From Raillietiella orientalis (Eukaryota): 64,000 bases of DNA. Under the pieces are notes generated by a model. The model did not search any database. It saw only the letters and a program-made list of their open reading frames with translations, and was not told the DNA's origin. Shown here one piece after another: positions 62,253 to 64,000 of the stretch (positions are counted from its first letter, which is position 1; every line of letters starts with the position of its first letter). The stretch is from the NCBI GenBank assembly GCA_036172245.1, contig JAYWIR010000013.1, forward strand, positions 186,001 to 250,000. Direction: 5' to 3'. Both the position numbers and the translations under genes were made by a program.

Positions 62253-64000
62253 CTAGGAGAAAAACTCCTGCTCATGGCGCACATGGATATTCACAATGTA
62301 TTCAAAGTTAGTACGTTGCACACTTATCACAAAAGGATCACTGGGGTGGAACATAAAGGCTACAACCTTGCGCACAGCAGAGGGAGGGTTTTGCCCAATT
62401 ATACCAGGATAAATTTTGAACTTTAACAGTCCTGTCTGCCTGGAATAGAAACTGAGAAGCAAAACTTATTGTTTAGATAGTAACTTCTACCGGATGGGGT
62501 AATCTCCACAGACTTTAGGTCTCTCCATGACTGATACCCACTTATCATCATAACTGAACAATGACAAATCCAGATATGGAGAAGTACAATAAGACTGAGA
62601 ATTAATAGGTAACTGTGCCAGTATGCGTTTGTTAGCTTCTGTGGGTCCACCAAACTTTGCACTGATGATTGTTTGTTTGAAGCGTAAGTGATGCAACCTA
62701 ACAAAAAGAACTTTGTCTCACATAAGCAGGAATCTTACTTTGCATGAATGTTATTTGAAGGAGAACTTGTGAATTGCATCTCCCAGCCGATCCGAGAATT
62801 CCGGAAAAATTCACAATATTTTTCACAGAGCTGCACCAGTTCTTCTGATGTATTCTCATACACTGCAATGATTCGTGTTGTCTTCATGTTATACACAGCA
62901 AAAAATAAAGGTTGTGAATTTGGTTCAGAAGCTCGGAAAGCTACCACTTCCTTACTGGCATATTTTACTAGTAAGTGGTCTTCATCAAGAAGCTGCATTT
63001 TCCACATGCGTAAAGCACGCAAGTGGTCAAAGTATTGGTAAAATTTGCGCAATTCATATGGAGAGCCAGTTTGTTTGGTGATTTCTAATGCTCTCAGAAA
63101 AAGAAATACCAGAAATCGGTGCTTCAAAGAATTAATAGATGTATCAAGGTAGGGAACCACCGACCACACTGGGCCAGCACTTTCATCTCCAACAGAAAAA
63201 AGATAAAGTTCATCATCATTATAGCAAAAACGGCCAATTGTTCGCAAATGCACAAACTGACCACTTTCTGACACTTGAAACACATGAATAAATTGATGTT
63301 GGACAGACAACACAGCAAGAATATTCTTATATAAATATAAACCCTGATTGTGTGACAAAAAGATCTTGTCAGCATTGAGCAATTTTCTATCAGTAACAAC
63401 TCCCTCTTCCATATTTATGATGTATAAAGTATAATCTTCTAAAGGAATGCGTGAATTTGGTTCCAGGGCTTCATTGTTTTTGCCAACATGATAAAAAGGT
63501 GGGTGAGGATCTTCCACATAAACAGCTGAACCAACTATGACATATTTGTTATCATCAGTAAACAAACTACATTCACGATTCAAGTGTTCACCATTAGATG
63601 TTACAATTACAGAATGTTTCAATTTGAAAAATGTTGTGAAAATTTTATTCCTAATGCTCTTTGCCTTAACACTATTTCCTGAAACACTGATATAGTCACC
63701 ACAGCAATCTTCTAGCAAATCAGCAGCAGCTGCAGATCCCCTGTACAGATATATTTCCACAGAAGTTTGATCCTGTGAGAATGCCAGGAAGTATTTTCCA
63801 TCAAGACTAAACTTCCGTGGATAACAAGGAGGTTTTTCTACAGATGTAATCGTAAAGTTTGGGTAAATGTTTTGGTATAAATTTCTAATACAATAAATAT
63901 ATGTATTGGGTTTGTGAAGCACACTGATTTCTCTTTTTTGAAGTTTAATCACAATATTCAGTTTGGGCATAGATTTGGGGATTAAAAATTCACTCATCAT
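62253..64000 (-). CDS. DET1: DET1 homolog (CUL4-DDB1-COP1 adaptor); 3 exons: 64000-62739, 62697-62491, 62451-62253 (555 aa; start codon at the window edge)
   Basis: The exons join in frame (1668 nt). Motifs include [80 protein letters not shown] and [13 protein letters not shown]. The true start cannot be confirmed beyond the edge. Confidence 0.95.

Overview
This is eukaryotic genomic DNA from a metazoan, probably an arthropod-like invertebrate (taxon inferred, not established). It is not prokaryotic, and I found no CRISPR array, rRNA or tRNA. The window has three zones. (1) 769-3631 holds the last five coding exons of an ADAMTS-like THSD4/ADAMTSL4-type gene, with TSP1 repeats and a terminal PLAC domain. 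(2) About 3.7-53.6 kb has no recognisable host gene and is filled with heavily decayed retroelement fragments. These are mostly L1/Tx1-like LINEs, with weaker RTE-, BEL/Pao-, Gypsy- and Penelope-like traces. The zone also has a four-copy unclassified repeat and several strong hairpins. (3) 53.66-64 kb is a very compact cluster of housekeeping genes: DAP3 (-), INTS3 (+), VPS45 (-) and DET1 (-). All four were spliced by hand into intact frames, and 28 of their 33 introns are 37-54 nt. The most notable signals are an operon-like DET1->VPS45 junction with an orphan splice acceptor, a U12-type intron in DAP3, a palindromic poly(A) signal shared by INTS3 and VPS45, apparent ancient linkage with the human 1q21-22/15q paralogon, a pre-miRNA-like hairpin at 20.4 kb, and a conserved LINE 3' stem-loop motif. 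Transposon boundaries are approximate and were judged by eye; no database searches were run.
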